Below, one piece after another: positions 49,884-59,783 of a stretch of 64,000 nt of DNA. The translations under genes were made by a program, and so were the position numbers. Below the pieces are notes generated by a model. It saw only the letters and a list, made by a program, of their open reading frames with translations, was not told the DNA's origin and did no database searches. Position 1 is the first letter of the stretch; the number at the start of each line of letters is the position of its first letter. This stretch comes from an uncultured Gemmatimonadales bacterium (lineage in GTDB: Bacteria; Gemmatimonadota; Gemmatimonadetes; Gemmatimonadales; Gemmatimonadaceae). The stretch is taken from the NCBI GenBank assembly GCA_963850905.1, contig CAWKMU010000003.1:512001-576000 (forward strand), read 5' to 3'.

Positions 49884-50684
49884 GAGCTGCCACCAGGTGA
49901 TACGCTGGTGGGGAGCGCCAGCGACGCGAACTGGCGCCTCCAGACGATCAACCTAGCGCCACGCCACTTCACCGTGAACGTCGATGGCGCTGGTACGGTC
50001 GTGCTCACACCCCACCAGGCGCACGATGTCGACGTCAATGGCGAGACGCTGACCGGACCCCACGTCCTGCGCCTGGGCGACGAGATCATCGCGGGTGCGG
50101 GCATCTTCACGTTCCTCGACGCGCCCGATGGCGCTGCAGCAACCGCCGCCGCGCCAGGCGCCACCGCGTACCTCATCGACATCCGTGGCGGACTCGCCTA
50201 CGCACTGACTGACGAACCGGTGACGATCGGGCGAGATCCTCTGAACCAGATCGCCGTTCGCGATCCCTCGGTGTCGCGCTTCCACGCAGAGATTCGTACG
50301 ACACCCGACAAGCGCGCCTTCACGGTCCGCTCCATGGGCGCTGCGGGTTCGTCTGTCAACGGCGCCCTGGTCGGTGGCAATCCGCGACAGCTCGCCGAAG
50401 GCGACCTGGTTCGGATCTCTGGCACGACGCTTCGCTTCACGACCCTGCCGCCGCCAGCAATCATGCGCATCGTGACCAAGGCGGACCTTCCCGCACCTGG
50501 GATGCGATCCCGTCAATCAGGGGCCCTGCAGAGTGCGGTCGAGGCGCCGACCTTGGGCTCCTACGAACCCGGCGCCAGCAAGAGCGCTGGCTCCGGGTCG
50601 CGCGGCACCTGGGTCACGGCTGCTCTGGTGACGACGGGAGCGCTGCTGGCTTTGTTGATCCTGCGCGCGCTGCACTCCCACTAG
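49851..50684 (+). CDS. Tandem FHA-domain protein with C-terminal TM
   Basis: VTIGRD..DPSVSRFHAEI..VNG..LAEGDLVRI plus a degenerate N-terminal FHA. Confidence 0.88.
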   Translation: MPYLEHDGVRHELPPGDTLVGSASDANWRLQTINLAPRHFTVNVDGAGTVVLTPHQAHDVDVNGETLTGPHVLRLGDEIIAGAGIFTFLDAPDGAAATAAAPGATAYLIDIRGGLAYALTDEPVTIGRDPLNQIAVRDPSVSRFHAEIRTTPDKRAFTVRSMGAAGSSVNGALVGGNPRQLAEGDLVRISGTTLRFTTLPPPAIMRIVTKADLPAPGMRSRQSGALQSAVEAPTLGSYEPGASKSAGSGSRGTWVTAALVTTGALLALLILRALHSH

Positions 50685-51540
50685 CCAACGCACCGTGAGA
50701 CGACCGCCGCGACGGTCGTGCGTGTGCCCGTGCACTCTGCGGGCGCGGCGGGTGGGCATCGGCATAGAAGGAGACCATGACCGCCGCAGTCGCGATGGCG
50801 ACCAGCGCAATCGACGCGGCCCGCACGAGCCGGCGGCGCGTCGCCCGCGATCGCTGCTCGGCCGCCTCGATCGTCCCGATGAAGGTCGTCGCCGCACGCG
50901 CCTCCCGCTCGAATGCGCCCGCCGGCCGGTTCGATGCCTCGCGCGAAATGACCGTCGACGATGGGACGGCGGTGCTGAACCGCAGCATCGTGCGCCCCAC
51001 CGCGATCTCGTCGCCTTCCTGCAGGGCGGTCGGCGTCAACACGCGGGTCCCGTTGACGGATGTGACGCTAACACCATGCGGGACAATTAGATACGCTTCA
51101 CCACGCTGGATCAGCTCCGCGTGGAGCCGCGAGACGTCCGGCTCGTGGACCACGACGGTGCTCGCGAGATCGCGACCGATCGTGCTCCGGTCGCGAAGCT
51201 GGTAGACGCGGCCACGCCGGACGTCCCTGAGGTAGCCCGTCGGCGCGTCGCCGCCATGCGCGAGCCGCCGATAAAAGAGCTCCGCCGTACCCAGCCCCAC
51301 GCGGTCGCCGAAGGAGAGCAGGGTCCGCGACCCGACGAGCTCGGTCCCGTTGACCAGCACGGCCGCCCCAGGCGCTCCGCGGATCAGCAGCGCACGGCCG
51401 CCGGGCTGGGCGGACAGCATGATGTGGACGGGGTCGAGCCCCCGCCCAACGATCCGCCAGCCGGCCCCCGGGGCGCTCCCGACGGTCAGCACACCGGGCC
51501 CGAGCGCCCGCGCCTCGCTCCCAAATTCGATGAAGGTCAT
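50614..51540 (-). CDS. Tandem FHA-domain protein with C-terminal TM
   Basis: STIGRD..EPDVSRLHAEL..VNG..LQEGDEIAVG plus a degenerate N-terminal FHA. Confidence 0.88.
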   Translation of the reverse strand: MTFIEFGSEARALGPGVLTVGSAPGAGWRIVGRGLDPVHIMLSAQPGGRALLIRGAPGAAVLVNGTELVGSRTLLSFGDRVGLGTAELFYRRLAHGGDAPTGYLRDVRRGRVYQLRDRSTIGRDLASTVVVHEPDVSRLHAELIQRGEAYLIVPHGVSVTSVNGTRVLTPTALQEGDEIAVGRTMLRFSTAVPSSTVISREASNRPAGAFEREARAATTFIGTIEAAEQRSRATRRRLVRAASIALVAIATAAVMVSFYADAHPPRPQSARAHARPSRRSSHGALASGSAARAGSTKPAALPSSPEQP

Positions 51541-51730
51541 GGTCCCACTAGTTGGACGAACCGGTGAGGCCGCGGTCAGCAGGTCGGAGGCGGCCCCGAA
51601 TGGGGCCGTGACACGCCGATCGGACGAAACGACTGTTTACGTCGTGGCGGCAGGACGCCGGCCGCTCGCCGCCAGCGAAGTAATTGTCGTGACACGACAT
51701 ACGTTGCGCGGTCACGCTGTCGCCGCCATT

Positions 51731-51760
51731 TTGACAATGCCGACAATTTCACTTAGGATT
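51731..51760 (+). promoter_or_regulatory. sigma70 promoter of the suf operon with an overlapping Rrf2/IscR-like operator
   Basis: TTGACA(51731)-17 nt-TAGGAT(51754); AATGCCGACAATTTCACTTAGGATT resembles IscR type-1 sites. Confidence 0.65.
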
Positions 51761-51845
51761 CCAATCTCTAGGGTAGTGCGCCGCGATGCCGCCGAGGCGG
51801 GAAAAGTCGGGCTTCGGGGTCGCGGACACCGGAAGCGGAGCAGGC

Positions 51846-53283
51846 ATGAGCAGCGCCATCGAAACACTGGTCAATCGCGAGTACCAGTACGGCTTCGTCA
51901 CGGATATTGAGGCCGACACGCTACCGGTCGGGCTCAACGAGGCCACCGTGCGCCTCATCTCCGAGAAGAAGGGAGAGCCCGAATTTCTGCTCGACTGGCG
52001 CCTCAAGGCGCTCCGTCGCTGGCAGACCATGCGCGAGCCACACTGGGCGAACGTCAAATACGAGCCGATCGATTACCAGGGGATCAGCTACTACTCCGCG
52101 CCCAAATCCTCCAAGCAGCTGGACAGCCTGGACGATGTCGACCCGGAGTTGCTGCGGACGTACGAGCGGCTCGGCATTTCGCTGACAGAGCAGAAACGGA
52201 TCTCAGGCGTCGCCGTCGACGCCATCTTCGACAGCGTCTCCGTCGGCACGACGATGAAAACCGAGTTGGCCAAACTCGGCATCATCTTCTGCTCCTTCGG
52301 CGAGGCCGTGCGAGAGCATCCCGAGCTCGTGCGCCAATACCTCGGCTCGGTGGTCCCCTACAGCGACAACTTCTTCGCCGCCCTCAACGGCGCGGTCTTC
52401 AGCGACGGCTCGTTCTGCTACGTGCCGCCGGGCGTGCAATGCCCGATGGAGCTGTCGACCTATTTCCGGATCAACGCCGCCGAAACCGGCCAGTTCGAGC
52501 GCACGCTCATCATCGCCGACAAGGGCGCGTCGGTCAGCTATCTCGAGGGATGCACGGCCCCCCGCCGCGACACCAACCAGCTGCACGCCGCCGTGGTCGA
52601 GCTGATCGCGCTCGAGGATGCGTCGATCAAGTACTCGACCGTGCAGAACTGGTACGCCGGCGACGCCGAGGGGCGCGGGGGCATCTTCAACTTCGTCACC
52701 AAGCGCGGCAAAGCCGCCGGTGCGCGCTCCAAGATCTCGTGGACACAGGTCGAGACCGGCTCAGCGATCACCTGGAAGTATCCGAGCGTCATCCTGCAGG
52801 GCGATGACTCGACCGGCGAGTTCTACTCCGTCGCCGTCGTCAACAATCGCCAGCAGGCCGACACCGGCACGAAGATGATCCACATGGGCCGCAACACGAA
52901 GTCGACGATCATCTCCAAGGGCATCTCCGCAGGCCGCGGCAACAACAGCTATCGCGGCCAGGTGAAGGTGCCTGCCGCGTGCCGCAGGCGCACGCAACTA
53001 CACACAGTGCGACTCGATGCTCATCGGCAATCAGTGCGGCGCCCACACGTTCCCGTATATCGAGGTGGGCAACCGCACCGCCACCGTCGAGCACGAGGCG
53101 TCGACATCCAAGATCGGCGAGGACCAGATCTTCTACTGCAAGCAGCGCGGCCTCAACGCCGAGCACGCGATCTCCCTGATCGTCAGCGGCTTCTGCAAGG
53201 AAGTGTTTCAGAACTTGCCGATGGAATTTGCGCTGGAGGCACAGCAGCTCCTCGGGATCACACTCGAGGGCAGCGTGGGATGA
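51846..53283 (+). CDS. sufB: Fe-S cluster assembly protein SufB (+1 frameshift at about 52971)
   Basis: [43 protein letters not shown]. Removing one C in GTG-C-CTG restores [29 protein letters not shown]. Confidence 0.93.
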
Positions 53284-53502
53284 AGGGCGGGTCAGGGGTC
53301 AGGGACCAGGGAACAAGACGAAAGGCAGGTCATCGTGCACTGTGACCTGCGTTGGACCGGTAGGGGCGACGCATTGCGTCGCCCGTGTGCCCGGCCCGAA
53401 CGCCGACAATCACTGGACCAACGCCGCCCTGACCGCCGCGCTGTGTTCCCTGACCCCTAGACCCCGCCGTTCGGGCAAGACCAAATCTCAACCACGACCA
53501 CC

Positions 53503-54264
53503 TTGTTGCTCTCAATCAACGACCTTCACGCCGGCATCGGCGACAACGAGATCCTCCGTGGCATCTCCCTCACCGTCAACGACGGCGAAATCCACGCCAT
53601 CATGGGACCCAACGGTTCCGGCAAGAGCACGCTGGCCCAGGTGCTGGCAGGTCATCCGGGTTACGAAGTCACCGCTGGTTCGGCCACGTACGACGGCGAA
53701 GATCTGCTCGCGATGGCCCCGGAGGAGCGCGCCCAGAAAGGGCTCTTCCTCGCGTTCCAGTATCCGGTCGAGATCCCGGGCGTCACCAACGCGTACTTCC
53801 TGCGCGCCGCCTACAACGAGCTGCGCAAGGCGAGGGGCCTCGACGAGGTGGACCCGCTCGATTTTCTCGCGATCGTCGAGGACCGCCTCAAGCTCGTCGA
53901 CATGGATCCCGCAATGCTCAATCGGTCCGTCAATGCCGGGTTCTCCGGCGGCGAGAAGAAGCGGAACGAGATCCTGCAGATGGCCGTGCTCGCACCCCGC
54001 CTCGCGATTCTGGACGAGACGGATTCCGGCCTCGACATCGACGCGCTTCGCGTCGTCGCCGACGGCGTCAACTCTCTGCGGCGCCCCGACAACGCGACCA
54101 TCGTCGTCACGCACTACCAGCGCCTGCTGAACTACATCGTGCCCGACTACGTCCACGTCCTCGCGGGCGGCCGCATCGTCCGGTCCGGCGGCAAGGAGCT
54201 CGCCGTCGAGCTCGAGGCGCGCGGCTACGACTGGCTGACCGAGCCCGCGACGGCGGGGGCGTAG
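53503..54264 (+). CDS. sufC: Fe-S cluster assembly ATPase SufC
   Basis: MGPNGSGKSTL, FLAFQYPVEIPGV, GFSGGEKKRNE, LDETDSGLDIDAL. Confidence 0.97.
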   Translation: MLLSINDLHAGIGDNEILRGISLTVNDGEIHAIMGPNGSGKSTLAQVLAGHPGYEVTAGSATYDGEDLLAMAPEERAQKGLFLAFQYPVEIPGVTNAYFLRAAYNELRKARGLDEVDPLDFLAIVEDRLKLVDMDPAMLNRSVNAGFSGGEKKRNEILQMAVLAPRLAILDETDSGLDIDALRVVADGVNSLRRPDNATIVVTHYQRLLNYIVPDYVHVLAGGRIVRSGGKELAVELEARGYDWLTEPATAGA

Positions 54265-54266
54265 AC

Positions 54267-55612
54267 GTGGCGATCCAGTCGTACGTCGACGATTTCGCCA
54301 GCCTCGTCGCGCGACGACGTAGACGGGCAGCCCGCGTGGCTGCTCGCCATCCGACGCGCCGCATTCGAGCGTTTCCGCGCGCTCGGCTTCCCGACGCGGC
54401 GCGACGAGGACTGGCACTTCACGAGCGTGGCCCCGATCGCCGAAGCCGATTTCACCCCGCTGCGAGGCGATCCCGATCGGTCGGCCGACGCTCGACGTCC
54501 AGTGGTCGGACCTCGAAGCGTTTGTGTTCGGTCAGCTGGAGTGGCCCCGCCTCGTGTTCGTGAACGGCGAGTTCGCGCCGACGCTCTCGTCGACCACGAG
54601 CCTCCCGTCGCACGTGCGCGTCTCCGCGCCTCGCGGACGTGTTGGCATCGGACGCGTCGGCGTGCACACCCATCTCGACGCTCGATCGGCGAGTTCGGCG
54701 GCAACGCCTTCGCCGCCCTCAACACGGCGCTGTTCACCGACGGCGTGTTCGTGCACGTCCCCGCCTGTGTGTCGCTGCCCGATCCGCTGCACGTCCTCTA
54801 CGTGTCGACGCCCGAGGCGGCGAACGGCGTCTCATATCCGCGGACGCTGGTCTCGCTCGATCGCGAACGCCCATGCCTCGGTGGTCGAGAGCTATGTCGC
54901 GCTCGGCGACGCTACATATTTCACCAACGCGGTCACGGAGCTGCGCCTGGCCGAGGGCGCACAGCTCGCGCACGTGCGCATCCAGCAGGAAAGCACGCGA
55001 GCCTTCCACGTCGGACTGGCGCAGGCCCACCAGGCCCGCGACAGCCGCTTCGCATCGTTCTCGTTTGCGACGGGCGCGGCGCTGTCTCGCGCGAACATCT
55101 ATACCTCGCTCGCGGGCCCGGGCGCGGAGGTCACGCTCGACGGCTTGTACCTCGTCGACGGCACGCAGCACGTCGATCACCAGACACGGATCGAGCACGC
55201 GGCACCGAACTGCGCGAGCCACGAGGTCTACAAGGGCATCCTCGACGGCGCCGCGCACGGCGTGTTCAACGGCAAGGTGTACGTGCATCCCGAGGCACAG
55301 AAGACCGACGGCAAGCAGACCAATAACAATCTGCTCTTGTCAGCCGACGCGCAGGTCGACACGAAGCCCCAGCTCGAGATCTTCGCCGACGACGTGAAAT
55401 GCACCCACGGTGCCACCGTCGGTCGCCTCGATGACGTGGCGTTGTTCTATCTCGAGAGCCGGGGACTGCCAGCGGAGCTGGCCCGTACACTGCTGACGTA
55501 CGCGTTCGCCGCTGATGTGCTGCAGCGGATTGCCGATGCCAACATCCGTGAAGCCCTCCAGGACGCGGTGCGCGTCCGGTTCGTCGACGCGCCGGCGACT
55601 GTCGCGACCTAG
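54267..55612 (+). CDS. sufD: Fe-S cluster assembly protein SufD (several apparent frameshifts in the 5' half)
   Basis: GFPTRRDEDWHFT, LVFVNG, FAALNTAL and KPQLEIFADDVKCTHGATVG are spread over different frames. Confidence 0.88.
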
Positions 55613-55623
55613 GCCGCGGCGAC

Positions 55624-56106
55624 GTGAGCGACCTGCGGGAGCTCTATCAGAGCGTCATCCTCGACCACAACCGGAAGCCGAGAAACTACGGACCGCTGGC
55701 CGAACCAGCCGTGCACGCCGAGGGCCACAACCCGCTGTGCGGCGATGATGTGACGGTGTGGGTCAAGACCGAAGGCGAGCGCGTCACCGACATCGGGTTC
55801 ATCGGAGAAGGCTGCGCGATCTCGCGCGCGTCGGCCTCGATCATGACGACGGTGGTCAAGGGCCAGACGCAGCACGACGCGGTCGCGCTCATGGATCAGT
55901 TCCAAGCCGTGCTGACCGGCGCGTCGGCCCCAGCTCCGGACGTGGCGACGCCTGCGGCGCTGCGTCCACTTGCCCCGCTGTTCGGTGTCTCGCGCTTCCC
56001 GCAGCGGGTCAAGTGTGCAACGCTCGCCTGGCACGCGTTCCGGACGGCGCTCCACCAGGCGATCGTCCAGACTGGACGCGGGGCGGCGTCCACCGGCGAG
56101 CCATGA
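55624..56106 (+). CDS. sufU: SufU/NifU-type sulfur-transfer protein
   Basis: LYQSVILDH, NPLCGDD, GCAISRASAS, RVKCATLAW. Confidence 0.93.
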   Translation: MSDLRELYQSVILDHNRKPRNYGPLAEPAVHAEGHNPLCGDDVTVWVKTEGERVTDIGFIGEGCAISRASASIMTTVVKGQTQHDAVALMDQFQAVLTGASAPAPDVATPAALRPLAPLFGVSRFPQRVKCATLAWHAFRTALHQAIVQTGRGAASTGEP

Positions 56107-56462
56107 GATCCGAGTCGCATCCCGCGCCCACCAACGGGACCTTTCACCCGGTCGCGCGCGCGGCTGACATTCGACCAGGGGCTCTGCTGAGTGTGCGGAT
56201 ACCCACCGGCGATCAGGTCGTGCTGATGAATGTCGACGGCGAATTCTGTGCGCTGCAGGACTGCTGCTCGCACGAGGCCTACGAGTTGTCCGCGGGCGAG
56301 CTGTTACCGGACGGCACGATCGAGTGCGTGTGGCACGGCGCACGTTTCGACTGCCGCACGGGCGCGGCTCGCCACGCGCCGGCCATCGACGACGTCCCGG
56401 TGTACGCCGTCCGCGTCGAGGACGGCGTGGTCCTGGTCGGGCCTCGAGTGGCACCACGATGA
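56103..56462 (+). CDS. Rieske-type ferredoxin
   Basis: CSH...CVWHGARFD. Confidence 0.9.
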   Translation: MRSESHPAPTNGTFHPVARAADIRPGALLSVRIPTGDQVVLMNVDGEFCALQDCCSHEAYELSAGELLPDGTIECVWHGARFDCRTGAARHAPAIDDVPVYAVRVEDGVVLVGPRVAPR

Positions 56463-57707
56463 CCCGTCGCGCCGACTTTCCCCTGCTCCACCGCCGCCCG
56501 GAGCTGCACTATCTGGATTCCGCGGCGACCGCGCAGAAGCCGGCGGTCGTCCTCGACGCCGAGCGCGAGTTTTACGAATCGGACTATGCCAATCCCCATC
56601 GCGGCGCCTACGATCTCTCCAATCGCGCGACGGAGCGCTACCACGCGGCGCGGCACGTCGTCGCTCGATTCTTCGGCGTCCAGGACGAGGACCGGCTCAT
56701 CTTCACCCGCGGCACTACCGAGTCGATCAATCTCGTCGCCGCAGCATGGGGTCGCTCACACGTCGGACCCGGCGACGAGATCGTCGTCACGCGGCTCGAG
56801 CACCACGCCAATTTCGTCCCATGGCAACAGGTGGCGCTGGAGCGCGGCGCGCGCTTCCGCATCGCGGAGCTGACGCCCGACGGCCACGTCGATCTCGACC
56901 ACCTGCGCTCGATCCTCTCCCCACGTACGCGCGTCGTCGCCATCGCCCACGTCTCGAACGCACTCGGCACGATCTCGCCGATTGCCGAGATTGTCCGCCT
57001 CGCCCACTCTGTCGGAGCGGTGGTGATGGTCGATGGCGCACAGAGCGCACCGCATCTCGCAGTCGACGTCGACGCACTCGGTGCGGACTTTTTCGCCTTC
57101 AGCGGCCACAAGATGGGGTCGCCGACGGGCATTGGCGGGTTGATCGCGCGCCGCGAGCTCCTGGAGCAGATGCCACCGTACCAAACTGGCGGCGATATGA
57201 TCGAGTTCGTCGGCGACGAGCGCACGACGTGGAACACGCTCCCGCGCAAGTTCGAAGCGGGCACGCCCAACGTCGGTGCGGCGGTCGGCCTCGCCGCCGC
57301 AGTCTCGTATCTCAATGACATCGGCATGGACGCCGTCCGCCAGCATGAGCAGGCGCTCACCGCCGCCACGATGGCGCAGCTCGGCTCCGTTCCTGGCGTC
57401 CGTCTCTACGGCCCGCCGGCGGGCGAGCGGAGCGGCGTCGTGAGCTTCACCGTGGAGGGCATCCATCGCACACGATATCGCGACCGTGTTGGACGGTGAG
57501 CATGTCTGCGTTCGGGCAGGGCACCACTGCGCGCAGCCGCTGATGCGCCGGTTCGGGATACCGGCGACGGTCCGGGCGTCGTTCTTCCTGTACAACGACG
57601 CGAGCGACGTCGACGCGCTCGTGGCGGCGGTGGGCCGAGCACAAGCGCTCTTCACCCCCGACCTGTCGAGCGTTCCGCATGCCTCCGTCGCGGCCGAGCA
57701 AACCTGA
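56459..57707 (+). CDS. sufS: Cysteine desulfurase SufS (frameshift at about 57468)
   Basis: [36 protein letters not shown]; the catalytic [10 protein letters not shown] lies in the downstream frame. Confidence 0.92.
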
Positions 57708-58197
57708 CGACGCCGGCCCCGCCGCGCCGGCTGCATCGCGCCCGGCGGTCGAGGCGCTGTATCAAGACCGCATCCTCGCGCACTTCCGACACCCCCATGG
57801 GAAGGGGGTGCTCGACCACCCCGATGCCGAGGCATCCGTTCACAACCCGCTCTGCGGCGAGTCGGTCACGGTGTCGGTCTCGGTGGAGCAGTCGGCGACC
57901 GGCCCCCGCGTGCGCGAGGCGCGCTTTCAGAGCGACGGATGCTCGATCGCCCAGGCGTCCGCGTCGATGATGACGGACCTGGTACGTGGCGCGACGCTGT
58001 CAGAGATCGAAGCGCTCGCCGCGCGGATGCGCGCGCTCGTCAATGGTGACGCCGCGAGCGCCGACGACGCCGCACTCGGCCCTGCCGCCGCGTTCAGCGT
58101 GATTCGTCGCGTCCCCGCACGCGCTGCCTGCGCGCTCCTGGCCTGGCGGGCGCTGGCACAGGCGCTGAAAAGCGAGACGCTGGACGCTAGCGTCTAG
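57679..58197 (+). CDS. Second SufU-like protein
   Basis: [37 protein letters not shown]. Confidence 0.85.
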   Translation: MPPSRPSKPDDAGPAAPAASRPAVEALYQDRILAHFRHPHGKGVLDHPDAEASVHNPLCGESVTVSVSVEQSATGPRVREARFQSDGCSIAQASASMMTDLVRGATLSEIEALAARMRALVNGDAASADDAALGPAAAFSVIRRVPARAACALLAWRALAQALKSETLDASV

Positions 58198-58255
58198 CGT
58201 CTACCTTTCTTCGCCCTCCGTCGTCCTTCAAGGAGACCGCAGCAACGGGGGCACG

Positions 58256-58417
58256 ATGGAAAAATTGTTCATTGGGGCTGGAGCCACGATCGGCAGCTAC
58301 GCCGGCTGGTACCTCGGCCACCCGTTTGGCTTCATGACCGCGTTCATGCTGAGCATGGTCGGCACTGGCGTCGGGATGTATTTCGGTAAGCGCGCGGCGC
58401 AGGAGTACCTGCCCTAA
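58256..58417 (+). CDS. Small 53-aa two-helix membrane protein (below the ORF-track cutoff)
   Basis: MEKLFIGAGATIGSYAGWYLGHPFGFMTAFMLSMVGTGVGMYFGKRAAQEYLP*; GGGGG RBS-like run upstream; GC3-rich codons. Confidence 0.75.
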   Translation: MEKLFIGAGATIGSYAGWYLGHPFGFMTAFMLSMVGTGVGMYFGKRAAQEYLP

Positions 58418-58571
58418 GGCGAGGTGCAACGCGCTTCACGCAACCGCAGGCGGCGTGCTCCGGACTCTCACCGCCCATCCGACATGTAGGGGCGGCCTTC
58501 AGGCCGCCCACCGTCGGACACGACGTCGCGCGGTCGTCGCTGCCACCCCTGCCCACAAGGTTTGTTTTCCA

Positions 58572-58643
58572 ACGTCCAGCGTCTAGCCTCTAGCGCATAG
58601 CGTCTAGCGTCTAGCCTCCAGCGCCCAGCGTCCAGCGTCTAGC
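58572..58643 (+). repeat. Degenerate heptamer tandem repeat (CTAGCGT-like); shorter run at 58187-58203
   Basis: gtccagc gtctagc ctctagc gcatagc gtctagc gtctagc ctccagc gcccagc gtccagc gtctagc. Confidence 0.85.
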
Positions 58644-59718
58644 ATATATGCACCGCCGTCGCCTTGAACGACGCATAGACCTCCTCGCCGACGACCAGCC
58701 CAAGCTCGCGAACGGATCGGGTCGTGAGCGCCGCAACCAGCGGCACGCCCCCAAAGGCGACGGTCACACGCGTGAGCGCGCCCAGCTTCGACATGTCGAC
58801 CACACGCCCGCGGAAGCAGTTGCGCGCAGACGTGCCACTGGGCTCGCGTGACAGCACGACGTCTTCGGCGCGCAAGACCGCGCAGCCGGGACCGGGCCGC
58901 GCGTCCCCCACGGCGGCCAGCGTGAGCGCTGACTCCGACACGCGAAACTCGAGCGAGTAATACCCGGACGGCGGCGACTCCGCCTCGGCAGCGTCCTCGT
59001 GCCCCGAGTCTGCCCGCACGACCGTCCCGGCGAAGACGTTCTCGGCGCCGAGAAATTCTGCGATGTAAGGGGACGCCGGCTTGCGAAAAACGTCCTCGGG
59101 TGGTCCCGCCTGCAGTACGCGCCCCGCATCGAGCAACACCGCAACGTCGCCCAGCATGCCGGCCTCGGCGAAGTCGTGCGTCACCTGCAGCACCGTCATG
59201 CCGTGCTCCCGCGCCACCGCTCGCACCTCCCGGCGGGCGTCTGAGCGCCTGCGGGGATCGAGCGCGGTGAACGGCTCGTCGAGGAGCAGCACCCGTGGCA
59301 GACCTGCCAATGCACGGGCAAGCGCCACGAGCTGCCGTTCGCCGCCACTCAGCGAGCTGATCTCCCGCGCCCACAGGTCCTCGATCCCGAATCGCGTCGC
59401 CAGGCCGCGCGCTTCAGAAGGCGTGGCTGCCCCATATCCCACGTTCTGTCCAACCGTGAGGTGCGGGAAGAGGTAGCCTTGCTGGTAGACGAGGCCAATT
59501 TCTCGAGCTTCCGGCGGGAGGCGGGTGACATCCCGCCCGTCGAGCCGGATCACGCCCCCGGTCGCCGGTACGATCCCACCGATCGTCTCCAGCAGCGTCG
59601 TCTTTCCAGAGCCGGCCGGACCGATGACGATCCCGTACGCGGCGGCAGGCACGCTGAAGGTGATCTCTCGCAACGCAAACGAGCCGACGCGAGAGGACAG
59701 TGCCTGGATGTCGATCAT
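58639..59718 (-). CDS. Molybdate/tungstate ABC transporter ATPase with TOBE domain (ModC/WtpC-like)
   Basis: GPAGSGKT, LSGGERQ, LLDEPF, TSARNCFRG, SFKATAVH. Confidence 0.88.
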   Translation of the reverse strand: MIDIQALSSRVGSFALREITFSVPAAAYGIVIGPAGSGKTTLLETIGGIVPATGGVIRLDGRDVTRLPPEAREIGLVYQQGYLFPHLTVGQNVGYGAATPSEARGLATRFGIEDLWAREISSLSGGERQLVALARALAGLPRVLLLDEPFTALDPRRRSDARREVRAVAREHGMTVLQVTHDFAEAGMLGDVAVLLDAGRVLQAGPPEDVFRKPASPYIAEFLGAENVFAGTVVRADSGHEDAAEAESPPSGYYSLEFRVSESALTLAAVGDARPGPGCAVLRAEDVVLSREPSGTSARNCFRGRVVDMSKLGALTRVTVAFGGVPLVAALTTRSVRELGLVVGEEVYASFKATAVHIC

Positions 59719-59783
59719 CGGACTAGGGCTCGGTCGCTGGGGCGACGCAGGCGTCGACCGGCGGCATCATGCGCCGGTCAATC

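Noticed and set aside
52960..57480. Programmed ribosomal frameshifting in suf genes
   Set aside because: No slippery heptamers or stimulatory elements are evident, and several shifts within one gene fit indel errors better.
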